Assembly (NCBI GenBank): GCA_040285825.1
Contig: JAUPSS010000011.1
Span: forward strand, 879,658-943,657
Length of the DNA stretch: 64,000 nt
Direction: 5' to 3'
Source: Eukaryota sp. TZLM1-RC
Lineage: Eukaryota; Protista; Metamonada: BaSk clade
Below the pieces are notes generated by a model that had not been told where the DNA came from, ran no database searches, and saw only the letters and a program-made list of their open reading frames with translations. The position numbers and the translations under genes were made by a program. Positions 38,331 through 50,656 of this stretch are shown piece after piece; position 1 is the stretch's first letter, and each line of letters opens with the position of its first letter.

Positions 38331-40409
38331 ATGCCTGAAGGACCAGCAGCTTTTCCTTTTGGTAATTTAGCAACGGCATTCAATACTTCTTGAGCCTGAA
38401 ATGGATTTTCGAGCCAATCTTGACAAATAGAAGGCTTACTGGGGCAAAAATGTTCAGTTGGATGAAGCAAAAATAAAAAAGTTGGATTCACCAAATCTTC
38501 GATTCTGTGTAAAGCAGCATTTTTGGGAGGTGGTAAAAATTTTGTTTTTGAATTTTTCCAAAGGTTCCCTTTTGATGTTCATCTGATCAATGGTGAATCA
38601 AATTTTTACTTGAATCAACTGCAATTTGAATTAGAAAATTTGCCTAGTGATATCTGGATTCAGTGTTTTCCTCAAAATGTTCAAGAAATTCCCACTCGAT
38701 CACTTCCAAATTTACGTTTTTGCTTGAAAAAGCTTCAGCACCATCTGGTTAAATTATATGAAGGCTTGGATTATGAAGTAAGACTTGGCTTGGCCAAAAC
38801 TAAAAATCCCGCTTTCGGTAATTTTTTTAAAGGATATTTGTGATAGTTCTGCTGCTGCTTTAGTAACTCAAGTTCCCTCTGTTTATGGACTTTTGTTAAA
38901 AAGACAATGAATGGCTTCTAAACATGCGTTTTCGTTGTTTTTGTGGCCAAACAATTTGCCCAATCATTTAACTTGTAAATGTGGTAAACCTCTTTTGTTT
39001 ACTCATCTTTTGAACTGTAAACATTTCATTACGTTTAGAAGCAAAGTGCATAATAACGTCAGGGACCAAATTTATGTAATGTGCAAATCATATCGTGTAG
39101 ATTCCTTTTTAGAACCGCTGTTATCAAAATTAATTCTTGATGATCCCAATATTGATAGTACGCGTTACAACAGAGCTTCTATGGGTCTGACTAGAGGTGA
39201 TCTAGTTGTTCCTGGTTTAAATGGTAGTTTTACTATTTTGGACGCCATGTCTATTGACCCTTGTAATTCCTCTAACGAACATTTCATTAACTCGGATGTA
39301 AATAATCCTCTTCTTGCAGGCGAAAAATATAAAATTGCTAAATATGCGAAACCCATTTCCTCGGTTAATGAAAATTCTCATGCCCAATATAATTTATGTC
39401 CATTTGTTTTTTCTTTGCTTGGATCTCTAGGTAAGGCTGCTATGGCTTTCCTTGAGGATTTTGTTGTAGTTGTAAAGGAAAGAACTGGAAGAATTTTCAA
39501 TAGTGTTTACTGGAAAAACTTTTTTAAAAAACTGGAATATTTATTGAGATAAAAATAACCATCTAGAATTCAATATCCTCCAAACAAGCGTCACTATTAC
39601 TGAACCTACTCAAGGCATTACGTTCATATTCTACACCAATAGCTAAAAGTGCCTTTGAAATCATTGTTGGAATGGACTTGAAAATGCAAAAAACAATTCT
39701 ATTTAACCAGAAAGTGGAGTTCATTGTTTTACCAGACCTATTCAGTAACACTTTTTTAAAATTTTCCAAAAAGTGCAAGCCTGAAGGTCCAATATTGCCA
39801 AAAAGAGAAATTGCAAACGGCACAAACTGATATTTCACATGTTCCACTCTACCTAACTGTGCCAAAGGTTCTTCATATTTTTTTATCTTCTTTTTTTCGG
39901 CGTTAGATAACGGCGAGTCAGCGGAATACACTAAACGAGCAGCAGAATTTTTGCAAACATCCACTGAGACAACGTCTACAACATTGAGAACACCATCGAT
40001 CCCTGGAGCTACTAAATCTGCCCTTCTTTTACCAAAGGAATCATCAGTTTGATCTGAAGACAGCTTACGTACTAGTGGCTCAATAAATGCCTCTATATTG
40101 AAACTTTTGCACATGGCATATAATTGATCACGAACTGAGTCATGAACAAGTGAGCGATAAGTTATGAAATACTTACAGTTTAAAATATGGGAAAGCGTAA
40201 CAACACTCTTGCAGCGTCAAATTAAATCATTTGGCAATGAACAAGGCCATAGAAAACATCTCAATCTCATTGCAGTGGTCCATTGGTGATCATTAAGTAG
40301 AACGCCGTAAATGTTGGGAATGTGGGAGATTAAGCAACTTGAGCAACTGTCTTCAAGATCAATCAAAAAGTTTGCAAAAACGTGATTTTTTTCCTTAGCC
40401 AAGCATTTT

Positions 40410-43343
40410 GTTCCAGCTGTTGCCGTTGTGAATGGTGCTGAAAATAATGTTTCTGACGATCAACAGTTAAATGCTTCTAGTGTTCCCTCTTCTTCCCCTT
40501 CTGAAAACAGTAATTTTTGTTGTCCATTTTGCAAAAAAGATGTTGCAGATTCACGAAATGGTCGAAAACTTCTGTTTTGTACGAATTGTAAAGCCGTTGA
40601 TACCGTAAGACCCCCGATCCGGATCCCAGTAGAAATAAGTCCCGCCAGCACAATCCCCTTCTCAATGGAAATGAGAAATTTTACTTCTGAATTGAAAAAT
40701 AATAAGTGGAATATTTCATCCTTCTGGAAATATTTTGCTAGAAAAACAAAAATTGTTTTAAGAAAAAATTTGGAAATAGAAAATTGTAAAATCAAAAATT
40801 TGCCGAAAATTGTGCTTACGTGGTCGTTATGGTGCCGCAAAGCAGTCTTTGTTTTCCTCTTCTTTGGCTGATGTAAACTCTGATACCCTTGAAAAACTCC
40901 AAAAGTTGCATCCTCAAGAAAATTTCAAGTGCAGCAAGCCTGAAGTGTGTCCTTTTTGGATTGAAAATCCTATTACTGCAATTGAGGTTCTTAAAGCTAT
41001 TCAAAAATTACCTAAGGGGAAAGCAGCAGGCCCATCTGGAATTTCTTTTGATCTCTTAAAAATAGCGTGTTCCAGTGCTCCCGAAATTGCTGATGATCTA
41101 GCCCACTATTTTCAACAATTAATTGTTTTGAAAATAAATCCTCCTTTGAATTGCTCGCAGCACGTCTGATTGCTTTAGTAAAGCCTGGAAACGGAATCAA
41201 ACCTGATGGAATACGCCCAATTGCTGTTGGTGAATCTCTTTCTCGTTTGCTGGCATCAATTGTCTTCGATCGTGTCAAAGACAAAGCTTCTACATTTTTA
41301 AATCCTCATCAATTTGGAATCAAAACAATTGATGGTGCTTCTGTTGCTGCTATTGCCTCTGATACCTTTTTTAATGCAGAGGAAAATAATTTTATTTTTA
41401 ATCTCGACTTTAAAAATGCTTTTAATTCTGTAAAGCGAGAAGCAATTTTTGAAGTTATTAAATCTGATTTTCCTGAGCTATCGAGTTTTTTTCTACCATT
41501 TTTATGGTAAAGAATCAGATTTAATTTTTAATTCATTTGGTCTTAAATCATCTTCTGGTGTGAAGCAAGGTGATCCTTTAGGTCCATTATTGTTTTGTTT
41601 AGCTATTCACAAAACTTTAAATATCATTAAGCAAAAATACCCTTCCATAAAAATAGTTGCTTATATGGATGATATATCCTTGATTGGTTCATTTGATTTA
41701 CTAGAATTGGTTGCTCAAGAAATTGCCGATTTATATGAAAATATTGGGCTTCATCTTAATGCCAGCAAATGCCTTCTGATTGGCTCTTCTGCTCAAGACC
41801 TCGTGATAAACGATTCTATTGTCCCTTTTACTAATTATAGTAGTGATGCTTTTTAAGTTCCTTGGTTGTTGGTTAGGAAATGTGCCTCAAATTCAGAATG
41901 AATTGCAAGTTATTTTGGAAAAAATGAAAATTGAACTTGATTCAATTTCTTCTTTAGATATAGAAAAGCATATTAAATTTTTTTATGCTTAAAATTTGCT
42001 ACACTGGGAGAATAACCCACATTTTGAGATCTTGTGCTCCTTCCATAGCATTAGATTTTTGTCGTTCTTTTAATTCATTGAGAACAGAATTTTTTGCTGA
42101 TTTATTGGATGTAGAACCAGGAATGTTGAAAAGCCATTTATTTTCTTCAGCAAATTTGGGGGTATTGGATTTACTAAATCTTCAATTTTGTGTCAATCAG
42201 CATTCTTGGGTGGTGGCAAAATTTTATTTATGAATTTTCTCGTAGATTTCCTGATGATTCTCATCTGTTAGTCCCCAATTGTAGTCCCTATTTGTATGAG
42301 TTATCTTGTGAACTTGAAAAATTACCGCCACAAATTTGGACCAAATGCTTTCCTCAATCAATTCAAGAAATTCCAAACCGATCTCTATTTAATTTACAGT
42401 TTTGCTGTAAAAGCTTCAACAAAAATTGTCAAAGATTTTTGAAAGCTTGGATTTTGATGTTAGACTTGGCTTGGCCAAGAAAAAGAATCCCGCTTTTGCA
42501 AATCTTTTTACAAGATATGTGTGACAGTACTTCTTCTGCCTTAGTAACAACAATTCCACAAGTATATGGTACTCTCTTATCCGATTCTGCTTGGACTCTG
42601 AATATGAGATTTCGTTCCTTTATCTGGCCTGATAATTTACCTCATAATTTAATTTGTAAATGTTCTCGAGAAATTACAACTACTCATTTGTTAAATTGTA
42701 AACATTTTATTACTTTTAGAAGCAAGGTTCATGATGCTGTAAGAGACCAGTTATATTGTATGTGTAAATCTCATAGAATTGAATCCTTCTTGGAACCTTT
42801 GTTGTCAAATCTGTTTGATGCTGAAAATGATTTTCATAAGAATAATAGAGGTGATGTCATATTACCTGGATTAGATGGAAGCTTCATTTTTATTGGATGT
42901 AATGTCTGTTGATCCTGGTAATGCCTCAAATGAAAGGCTTGTTAATTCTGAAATTCATAATCCCCTTTCAAATGCTGAAAATTTTAAATTCAAAAAATAC
43001 AATGAACCTTTGTCCAAATTGGCCAGTCTACAGCATGCAAAATACAATTTGTATCCATTTGTATTTTCCCTTTTTGGTTCACTTGCACCAACTGCTTTAC
43101 GTTTTTTGGATGATTTTGAAATGATTGTAAAGAGAAGAACTGGCAGAAATTTCAACAGATTGTTTTGGCAAAATAGAATTGTGTTTTCTATTTTTAAGGG
43201 GATGTTGAAGATGGTTTCTGATGCTTTGCTTTCTCTTGGATCTCACTATGAGAGAGTTGCATCTAGTGTTTTTGTTTTGGGAGAGATGGACTTTTTAGAT
43301 GTTGATTTATAGGTTTAGAATAAAATTAAATTTTAAAAAAAAA
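40410..43343 (+). mobile_element. Family A 2.9 kb copy, antisense in C
   Basis: TSD ttagccaagc at 40395-40404 and 43344-43353. Confidence 0.92.
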
Positions 43344-46300
43344 TTAGCCAAGCTAAGACGTACAATATAATCCAAGTTTTCTAATACTTTCAAAATTTTT
43401 TTCTGCAATTTTGCAAAAGTCAATGGTAAGGAGAGCAAGCTTCTTGAAGGAATTTCCACAATATCAGAGGGGAAACATTTAGCCCAAATATTGGGTGAAA
43501 GAGTTTCAATTTCCTGTTGCAAAGAAATAAGATAGGAGCTGCCACAATTTTCAATGAGATGAATTTTTTCAGGAAAACGATTCACAAATTCATAAATAAA
43601 ATTCTTTCCACCTCCAATAAAAGCAGCTTTACAAAGGTAGCTTGATTCATGAAAATCAACACCACCAAAATTTGTACCACAAAAAATGTGGCTTCGTAAC
43701 TGAGATGCATCAATTTCCAATAATTTTGCTAAAAAATTAGTTCTTTGTTCATTAAAAATGCGACAGAACTCCAAGGAAATTGATGGTGATGTTGATCTCA
43801 AAATATGAGTAAATTTTCCAGAATAACAGATTTTGAGGAAAAGAATTTCAAATGTTTCTCAATATTTAAATTTTCTATTGATTCTAATTCATTTCCAAAT
43901 TGAGTCAACAGAGTCGAATGAATTGCAAGTCATTTTGGAAAAAATGAAAATTGAACTTGATTCAATTTCTTCTTTAGATATAGAAAAGCATATTAAATTT
44001 TTTTATGCTTAAAATTTGCTACACTGGGAGAATAACCCACATTTTGAGATCTTGTGCTCCTTCCATAGCATTAGATTTTTGTCGTTCTTTTTAATTCATT
44101 GAGAACAGAATTTTTTTGCTGATTTATTGGATGTAGAACCAGGAATGTTGAAAAGCCATTTATTTTCTTCAGCAAATTTGGGGGGGTATTGGATTTACTA
44201 AATCTTCAATTTTGTGTCAATCAGCATTCTTGGGTGGTGGCAAAAATTTTATTTATGAATTTTCTCGTAGATTTCCTGATGATTCTCATCTGTTAGTCCC
44301 CAATTGTAGTCCCTATTTGTATGAGTTATCTTGTGAACTTGAAAAATTACCGCCACAAATTTGGACCAAATGCTTTCCTCAATCAATTCAAGAAATTCCA
44401 AACCGATCTCTATTTAATTTACAGTTTTGCTGTAAAAAGCTTCAACAAAAATTGTCAAAGATTTTTGAAAGCTTGGATTTTGATGTTAGACTTGGCTTGG
44501 CCAAGAAAAAGAATCCCGCTTTTGCAAATCTTTTTACAAGATATGTGTGACAGTACTTCTTCTGCCTTAGTAACAACAATTCCACAAGTATATGGTACTC
44601 TCTTATCCGATTCTGCTTGGACTCTGAATATGAGATTTCGTTCCTTTATCTGGCCTGATAATTTACCTCATAATTTAATTTGTAAATGTTCTCGAGAAAT
44701 TACAACTACTCATTTGTTAAATTGTAAACATTTTATTACTTTTTAGAAGCAAGGTTCATGATGCTGTAAGAGACCAGTTATATTGTATGTGTAAATCTCA
44801 TAGAATTGAATCCTTCTTGGAACCTTTGTTGTCAAATCTGTTTGATGCTGAAAATGATTTTCATAAGAATAATAGAGGTGATGTCATATTACCTGGATTA
44901 GATGGAAGCTTCATTTTATTGGATGTAATGTCTGTTGATCCTGGTAATGCCTCAAATGAAAGGCTTGTTAATTCTGAAATTCATAATCCCCTTTCAAATG
45001 CTGAAAATTTTAAATTCAAAAAATACAATGAACCTTTGTCCAAATTGGCCAGTCTACAGCATGCAAAATACAATTTGTATCCATTTGTATTTTCCCTTTT
45101 GGTTCACTTGCACCAACTGCTTTACGTTTTTGGATGATTTTGAAATGATTGTAAAGAGAAGAACTGGCAGAAATTTCAACAGATTGTTTTGGCAAAATAG
45201 AATTGTGTTTTCTATTTTTAAGGGGATGTTGAAGATGGTTTCTGATGCTTTGCTTTCTCTTGGATCTCACTATGAGAGAGTTGCATCTAGTGTTTTTGTT
45301 TTGGGAGAGATGGACTTTTTAGATGTTGATTTATAGGTTTAGAATAAAATTAAATTTTAAAAAAAAATTAGCCAAGCTAAGACGTACAATATAATCCAAG
45401 TTTTCTAATACTTTCAAAATTTTTTCTGCAATTTTGCAAAAGTCAATGGTAAGGAGAGCAAGCTTCTTGAAGGAATTTCCACAATATCAGAGGGAAACAT
45501 TTAGCCCAAATATTGGGTGAAAGAGTTTCAATTTCCTGTTGCAAAGAAATAAGATAGGAGCTGCCACAATTTTCAATGAGATGAATTTTTTCAGGAAAAC
45601 GATTCACAAATTCATAAATAAAATTCTTTCCACCTCCAATAAAAGCAGCTTTACAAAGGTAGCTTGATTCATGAAAATCAACACCACCAAAATTTGTACC
45701 ACAAAAAATGTGGCTTCGTAACTGAGATGCATCAATTTCCAATAATTTTGCTAAAAAATTAGTTCTTTGTTCATTAAAAATGCGACAGAACTCCAAGGAA
45801 ATTGATGGTGATGTTGATCTCAAAATATGAGTAAATTTTCCAGAATAACAGATTTTGAGGAAAAAGAATTTCAAATGTTTCTCAATATTTAAATTTTCTA
45901 TTGATTCTAATTCATTTCCAAATTGAGTCAACAGAGTCGAATGAATTGCAAGTCATTTTGGAAAAAATGAAAATTGAACTTGATTCAATTTCTTCTTTAG
46001 ATATAGAAAAGCATATTAAATTTTTTATGCTTAAAATTTGCTACACTGGGAGAATAACCCACATTTTGAGATCTTGTGCTCCTTCCATAGCATTAGATTT
46101 TTGTCGTTCTTTTAATTCATTGAGAACAGAATTTTTTGCTGATTTATTGGATGTAGAACCAGGAATGTTGAAAAGCCATTTATTTTCTTCAGCAAATTTG
46201 GGGGGTATTGGATTTACTAAATCTTCAATTTTGTGTCAATCAGCATTCTTGGGTGGTGGCAAAAATTTTATTTATGAATTTTCTCGTAGATTTCCTGATG

Positions 46301-47388
46301 ATTCTCATCTGTTAGTCCCCAATTGTAGTCCCTATTTGTATGAGTTATCTTGTGAACTTGAAAAATTACCGCCACAAATTTGGACCAAATGCTTTCCTCA
46401 ATCAATTCAAGAAATTCCAAACCGATCTCTATTTAATTTACAGTTTTGCTGTAAAAAGCTTCAACAAAAATTGTCAAAGATTTTTGAAAGCTTGGATTTT
46501 GATGTTAGACTTGGCTTGGCCAAGAAAAAGAATCCCGCTTTTTGCAAATCTTTTACAAGATATGTGTGACAGTACTTCTTCTGCCTTAGTAACAACAATT
46601 CCACAAGTATATGGTACTCTCTTATCCGATTCTGCTTGGACTCTGAATATGAGATTTCGTTCCTTTATCTGGCCTGATAATTTACCTCATAATTTAATTT
46701 GTAAATGTTCTCGAGAAATTACAACTACTCATTTGTTAAATTGTAAACATTTTATTACTTTTAGAAGCAAGGTTCATGATGCTGTAAGAGACCAGTTATA
46801 TTGTATGTGTAAATCTCATAGAATTGAATCCTTCTTGGAACCTTTGTTGTCAAATCTGTTTGATGCTGAAAATGATTTTCATAAGAATAATAGAGGTGAT
46901 GTCATATTACCTGGATTAGATGGAAGCTTCATTTTATTGGATGTAATGTCTGTTGATCCTGGTAATGCCTCAAATGAAAGGCTTGTTAATTCTGAAATTC
47001 ATAATCCCCTTTCAAATGCTGAAAATTTTAAATTCAAAAAATACAATGAACCTTTGTCCAAATTGGCCAGTCTACAGCATGCAAAAATACAATTTGTATC
47101 CATTTGTATTTTCCCTTTTTGGTTCACTTGCACCAACTGCTTTACGTTTTTTGGATGATTTTGAAATGATTGTAAAGAGAAGAACTGGCAGAAATTTCAA
47201 CAGATTGTTTTGGCAAAATAGAATTGTGTTTTCTATTTTTAAGGGGATGTTGAAGATGGTTTCTGATGCTTTGCTTTCTCTTGGATCTCACTATGAGAGA
47301 GTTGCATCTAGTGTTTTTGTTTTGGGAGAGATGGACTTTTTAGATGTTGATTTATAGGTTTAGAATAAAATTAAATTTTAAAAAAAAA
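43344..47388. repeat. Tandem duplication of about 2,024 bp (C 575 bp + A 1.45 kb)
   Basis: 43344-45367 matches 45368-47388; TSD aacagagtcgaa at 45930-45941 and 47387-47398. Confidence 0.9.
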
Positions 47389-48399
47389 CAGAGTCGAAAG
47401 TTGGCTTTTGACTTCATCAATATTTCCGAGATAACAACCCAAAAAACGAAAACCAGACTGATCATAATTGATAAAGGGGACATTGACATCATTAATGAAA
47501 AAATCAATTGGTTCATGGCCAATAATCAAACATTTGGAGATATTCAATGAGAGACCAATATCTTCATAACGCTGTTGAATAAAAGTTGCTATTTGTTTCA
47601 GAATTGTAATAGGAGCAATTACAGAAATGTCATCCATATATGCTACAATATCTATTTCTGGGAACTTTTCTTTCAATTCGCACATTAATGGATGAATTGC
47701 CAGACAAAAGAAGAAAGGACCAAGTGGATCACCTTGTTTAACACCTGAAGACGAAAGCAGGTCAAAATTTTCATAGACCAATGTGGATGATTTTCCATAA
47801 AATGAATAGAAAAAAGGCTCAACTTCAGGAAAATGCTTTTGCAGCAAAGGTAAAATGGAAGAACGAGATACAGAATTGACAGCATTCTTAAAATCTAAAT
47901 TGAAGATGTAATTAGAATCACTAGAATTAAAAAACACATCCGACGAAAGAGCAGCAGAAGAAGCACCATCAATTGTCTTGATTCCAAATTGAAACGGACT
48001 GAAAAATTCCTTAGCTTTTTTTCCAATTCTATTGAAAACAAGAGACGCAAGAATTCTTGAAAAAGATTCTCCAATTGCAATTGGACGGATTTTGGATTGA
48101 CTTTTTTTAAGGGCAATTAAGCGAGCACTGGTCATCTCAAAAGGGACTTTAATTTTTAACGTAAGAAGATTGTTGAAAAAAAGAACAAGATCGTCAGCAA
48201 TTTCAGGACACTGTCCAACAGCTGATTTGATCATGTCAAAATTCAACAAAGATGGCCCAGGAGCTTTTCCAGTAGGCATTTGCTGAATCAGTTTCAATAC
48301 CTCAGAAGCATTGACAGGATTTTGCAGCCAATAATCAACTGAGTCTGGTTTAGTACAATGAAAATTTTCTTCCGGATGAAGATGATTCAATTGGAACAA
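47371..48399 (-). CDS. Family C reverse transcriptase domain (fragment)
   Basis: RPIAIGE, DFKNAVNS, KQGDPLGP, AYMDD, FLG. Confidence 0.85.
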   Translation of the reverse strand: MFQLNHLHPEENFHCTKPDSVDYWLQNPVNASEVLKLIQQMPTGKAPGPSLLNFDMIKSAVGQCPEIADDLVLFFNNLLTLKIKVPFEMTSARLIALKKSQSKIRPIAIGESFSRILASLVFNRIGKKAKEFFSPFQFGIKTIDGASSAALSSDVFFNSSDSNYIFNLDFKNAVNSVSRSSILPLLQKHFPEVEPFFYSFYGKSSTLVYENFDLLSSSGVKQGDPLGPFFFCLAIHPLMCELKEKFPEIDIVAYMDDISVIAPITILKQIATFIQQRYEDIGLSLNISKCLIIGHEPIDFFINDVNVPFINYDQSGFRFLGCYLGNIDEVKSQLSTLFFFKI

Positions 48400-50477
48400 T
48401 ATGCTTTCATTACATTCAGCTAAATCAGAAGAAAATAAACATTGTTTTGCAGATCCAAAACGTCCTTTTAAACAGGATTGTATTTTCTATTTTTAAGGGA
48501 ATGGTAACACTAATTTCTGATTCACTATCTTCTTTTGGGAAATTTTCTGAATCTTTAGCGATTAATTGTTTTGATGTAGGGGAGGCAGGTTTTGAGGATG
48601 TGGAGTTTTAATTGTGTATTTCATATTTGTTGTGGAATAAAAATAAATATCTTATGTTGGATGAAGGGATTTCAATTTTTCAACAGTTTCGAGATTGGTA
48701 TCAGCCAGTTTCCCGAAAAAATATTTTTTAATCCGCTTCCATATCTACCTCTCAAAAACAATTTTCTTGCTTGAAAAGATGAATTAGCTTTTCTCTGTTT
48801 TGGTTTGTAATTAATTTTCTTCTTATTCTTTTTGGCAAAGAATTTCCAAAATCTTGTTATGTTCCATTTGTTTAATTTCAATTGCGAAGAAAAAGAACGC
48901 ATTTCCATTGACAAAGGAACAGAACTGGCAGGACTCACCTCTACAGGAATTTTAACAGGTGTACGAAAAGAATCACTTGTTTGACAGTCAAAACAAAACA
49001 ATAGAGGGCGACCATTAGAAGAATTAGAGAGGAACTTTTTGCAAAAAGGACAACTATGTTTCAAGACATTATCCGTAGGATAAGGAGCAACAGTTTTTGG
49101 TAAATGAGTTTGATCAATATTTAAATTATATATTGAGAAGAAATTCGAGCATAGCTTGAAGGGTGGGGAGAGTGGAGAAGTGAAGGGGATGAGCTTGATC
49201 TGATGGGTAGAATCTTTGCTTGGGCGTTCCAATCAGTATCAGAGTCACTGTCAGTCACTGGCATCGTTTTGGCAAAGACACAGTACAACTTTGACGCCGT
49301 CACAGAAAGTGAAATATGAGAGGGATGACTAAGGGAGGGAGAAAAAAACAAAACAATCTGTTGAAATTTCTGCCAGTTCTTCTCTTTACAATCATTTCAA
49401 AATCATCCAAAAAACGTAAAGCAGTTGGTGCAAGTGAACCAAAAAGGGAAAATACAAATGGATACAAATTGTATTTTGCAAAAAGTTCCTCTCTAATTCT
49501 TCTAATGGTCGCCCTCTATTGTTTTGTTATGACTGTCAAACAAGTGATTCTCTTCGTACACCTGTTAAAATTCCTGTAGAGGTGAGTCCTGCCAGTTCTG
49601 TTCCTTTGTCAATGGAAATGCGTTCTTTTTCTTCGCAATTGAAATTAAACAAATGGAACATAACAAGATTTTGGAAATTCTTTGCCAAAAAAAATAAGAA
49701 GAAAATTAATTACAAACCAAAACAGGGAAAAGCTAATTCATCTTTTCAGGCAAGAAAATTGTTTTTGAGAGGTAGATATGGAAGCGGATTAAAAAATATT
49801 TTTTCGGGAAAACTGGCTGATACCAATCTCGAAACTGTTGAAAAATTGAAATCCCTCCATCCAACTGAACATTTTTGCCCCAGTAAGCCTTCTATTTGTC
49901 AATATTGGCTCGAAAATCCATTTCAGGCTCAAGAAGTATTGAATGCCGTTGCTAAATTACCAAAAGGAAAAGCTGCTGGTCCTTCAGGCATTTCCTTTGA
50001 TTTGTTAAAAACTGCCTGTAAAAAATGCTTCTGAAATTGTTGAGGATCTTGCTTCCTATTTTCAAAATTTAATGTGTTTAAATTATGTTCCTCCGCCTGA
50101 ATTGACTGCTGCCCGTTTAGTTGCTTTAGTTGAACCTGGTAAAGGTGACAAACCTGATGGAGTTAGACCAATTGCCATTGGAGAGTCATTAACCAGATTG
50201 CTCTCTTCGCTTATTTTTAACAGAATTTCTACTAAAGCAAGGGACTATTTGAAGCCTTTCCAATTTGGTATAAAAACTGTTGAAGGTGCTTCTATTGCTT
50301 CAATGACTTCAGATGTTTTTTTCAATAGTCAACATCATCAATATATTTTCAATTTGGATTTCAAAAATGCTTTCAATTCTGTGAAACGTGATTGTATTTT
50401 TGATGTGCTTCTTCATGATTTTCCTGAACTTTCTGCATATTTTTATTTATTTTATGGAAAAAAATCAGACTTAGTTT

Positions 50478-50613
50478 GAAAAATTTTAATTTATTATTAA
50501 ACTACAGTCTAAAAGTCAATATCTTCAAAACAAGCTTCCACACCATCAAACCTCACAACAGCAATTTCTTCGTAATGTGCACTGACAGACATCAAAGCTT
50601 TCGAAATCATTTT
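50478..50613 (-). mobile_element. Family D variant (D2) 3' 135 bp in B
   Basis: TSD agacttagttt at 50467-50477 and 50614-50624. Confidence 0.88.
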
Positions 50614-50656
50614 AGACTTAGTTTTTGACTCCTTTACCCTTGAATCTTCTTCTGGT

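Larger units (their letters stand above)
39520..48470 (-). mobile_element. Family C copy, about 2.5 kb (39520-40404, 43344-43918 duplicated at 45368-45941, 47387-48470)
   Basis: RLE ORF 39563-40114 ends CLEDIEF*; RT ORF 47371-48399; pieces join at TSDs. Confidence 0.88.
38482..48650 (+). mobile_element. Family B 3' copy (38482-39519 + 48470-48650), antisense in B
   Basis: TSD gttggatgaag at 38457-38467 and 48656-48666; both copies carry the same private variant. Confidence 0.88.
38329..49348 (-). mobile_element. Family B 5' part (38329-38467 + 48656-49348) including the 5' terminus
   Basis: ATG at 49264 (MPVTDSDSD); terminus homologous to A's; internal deletion near 49128. Confidence 0.85.
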
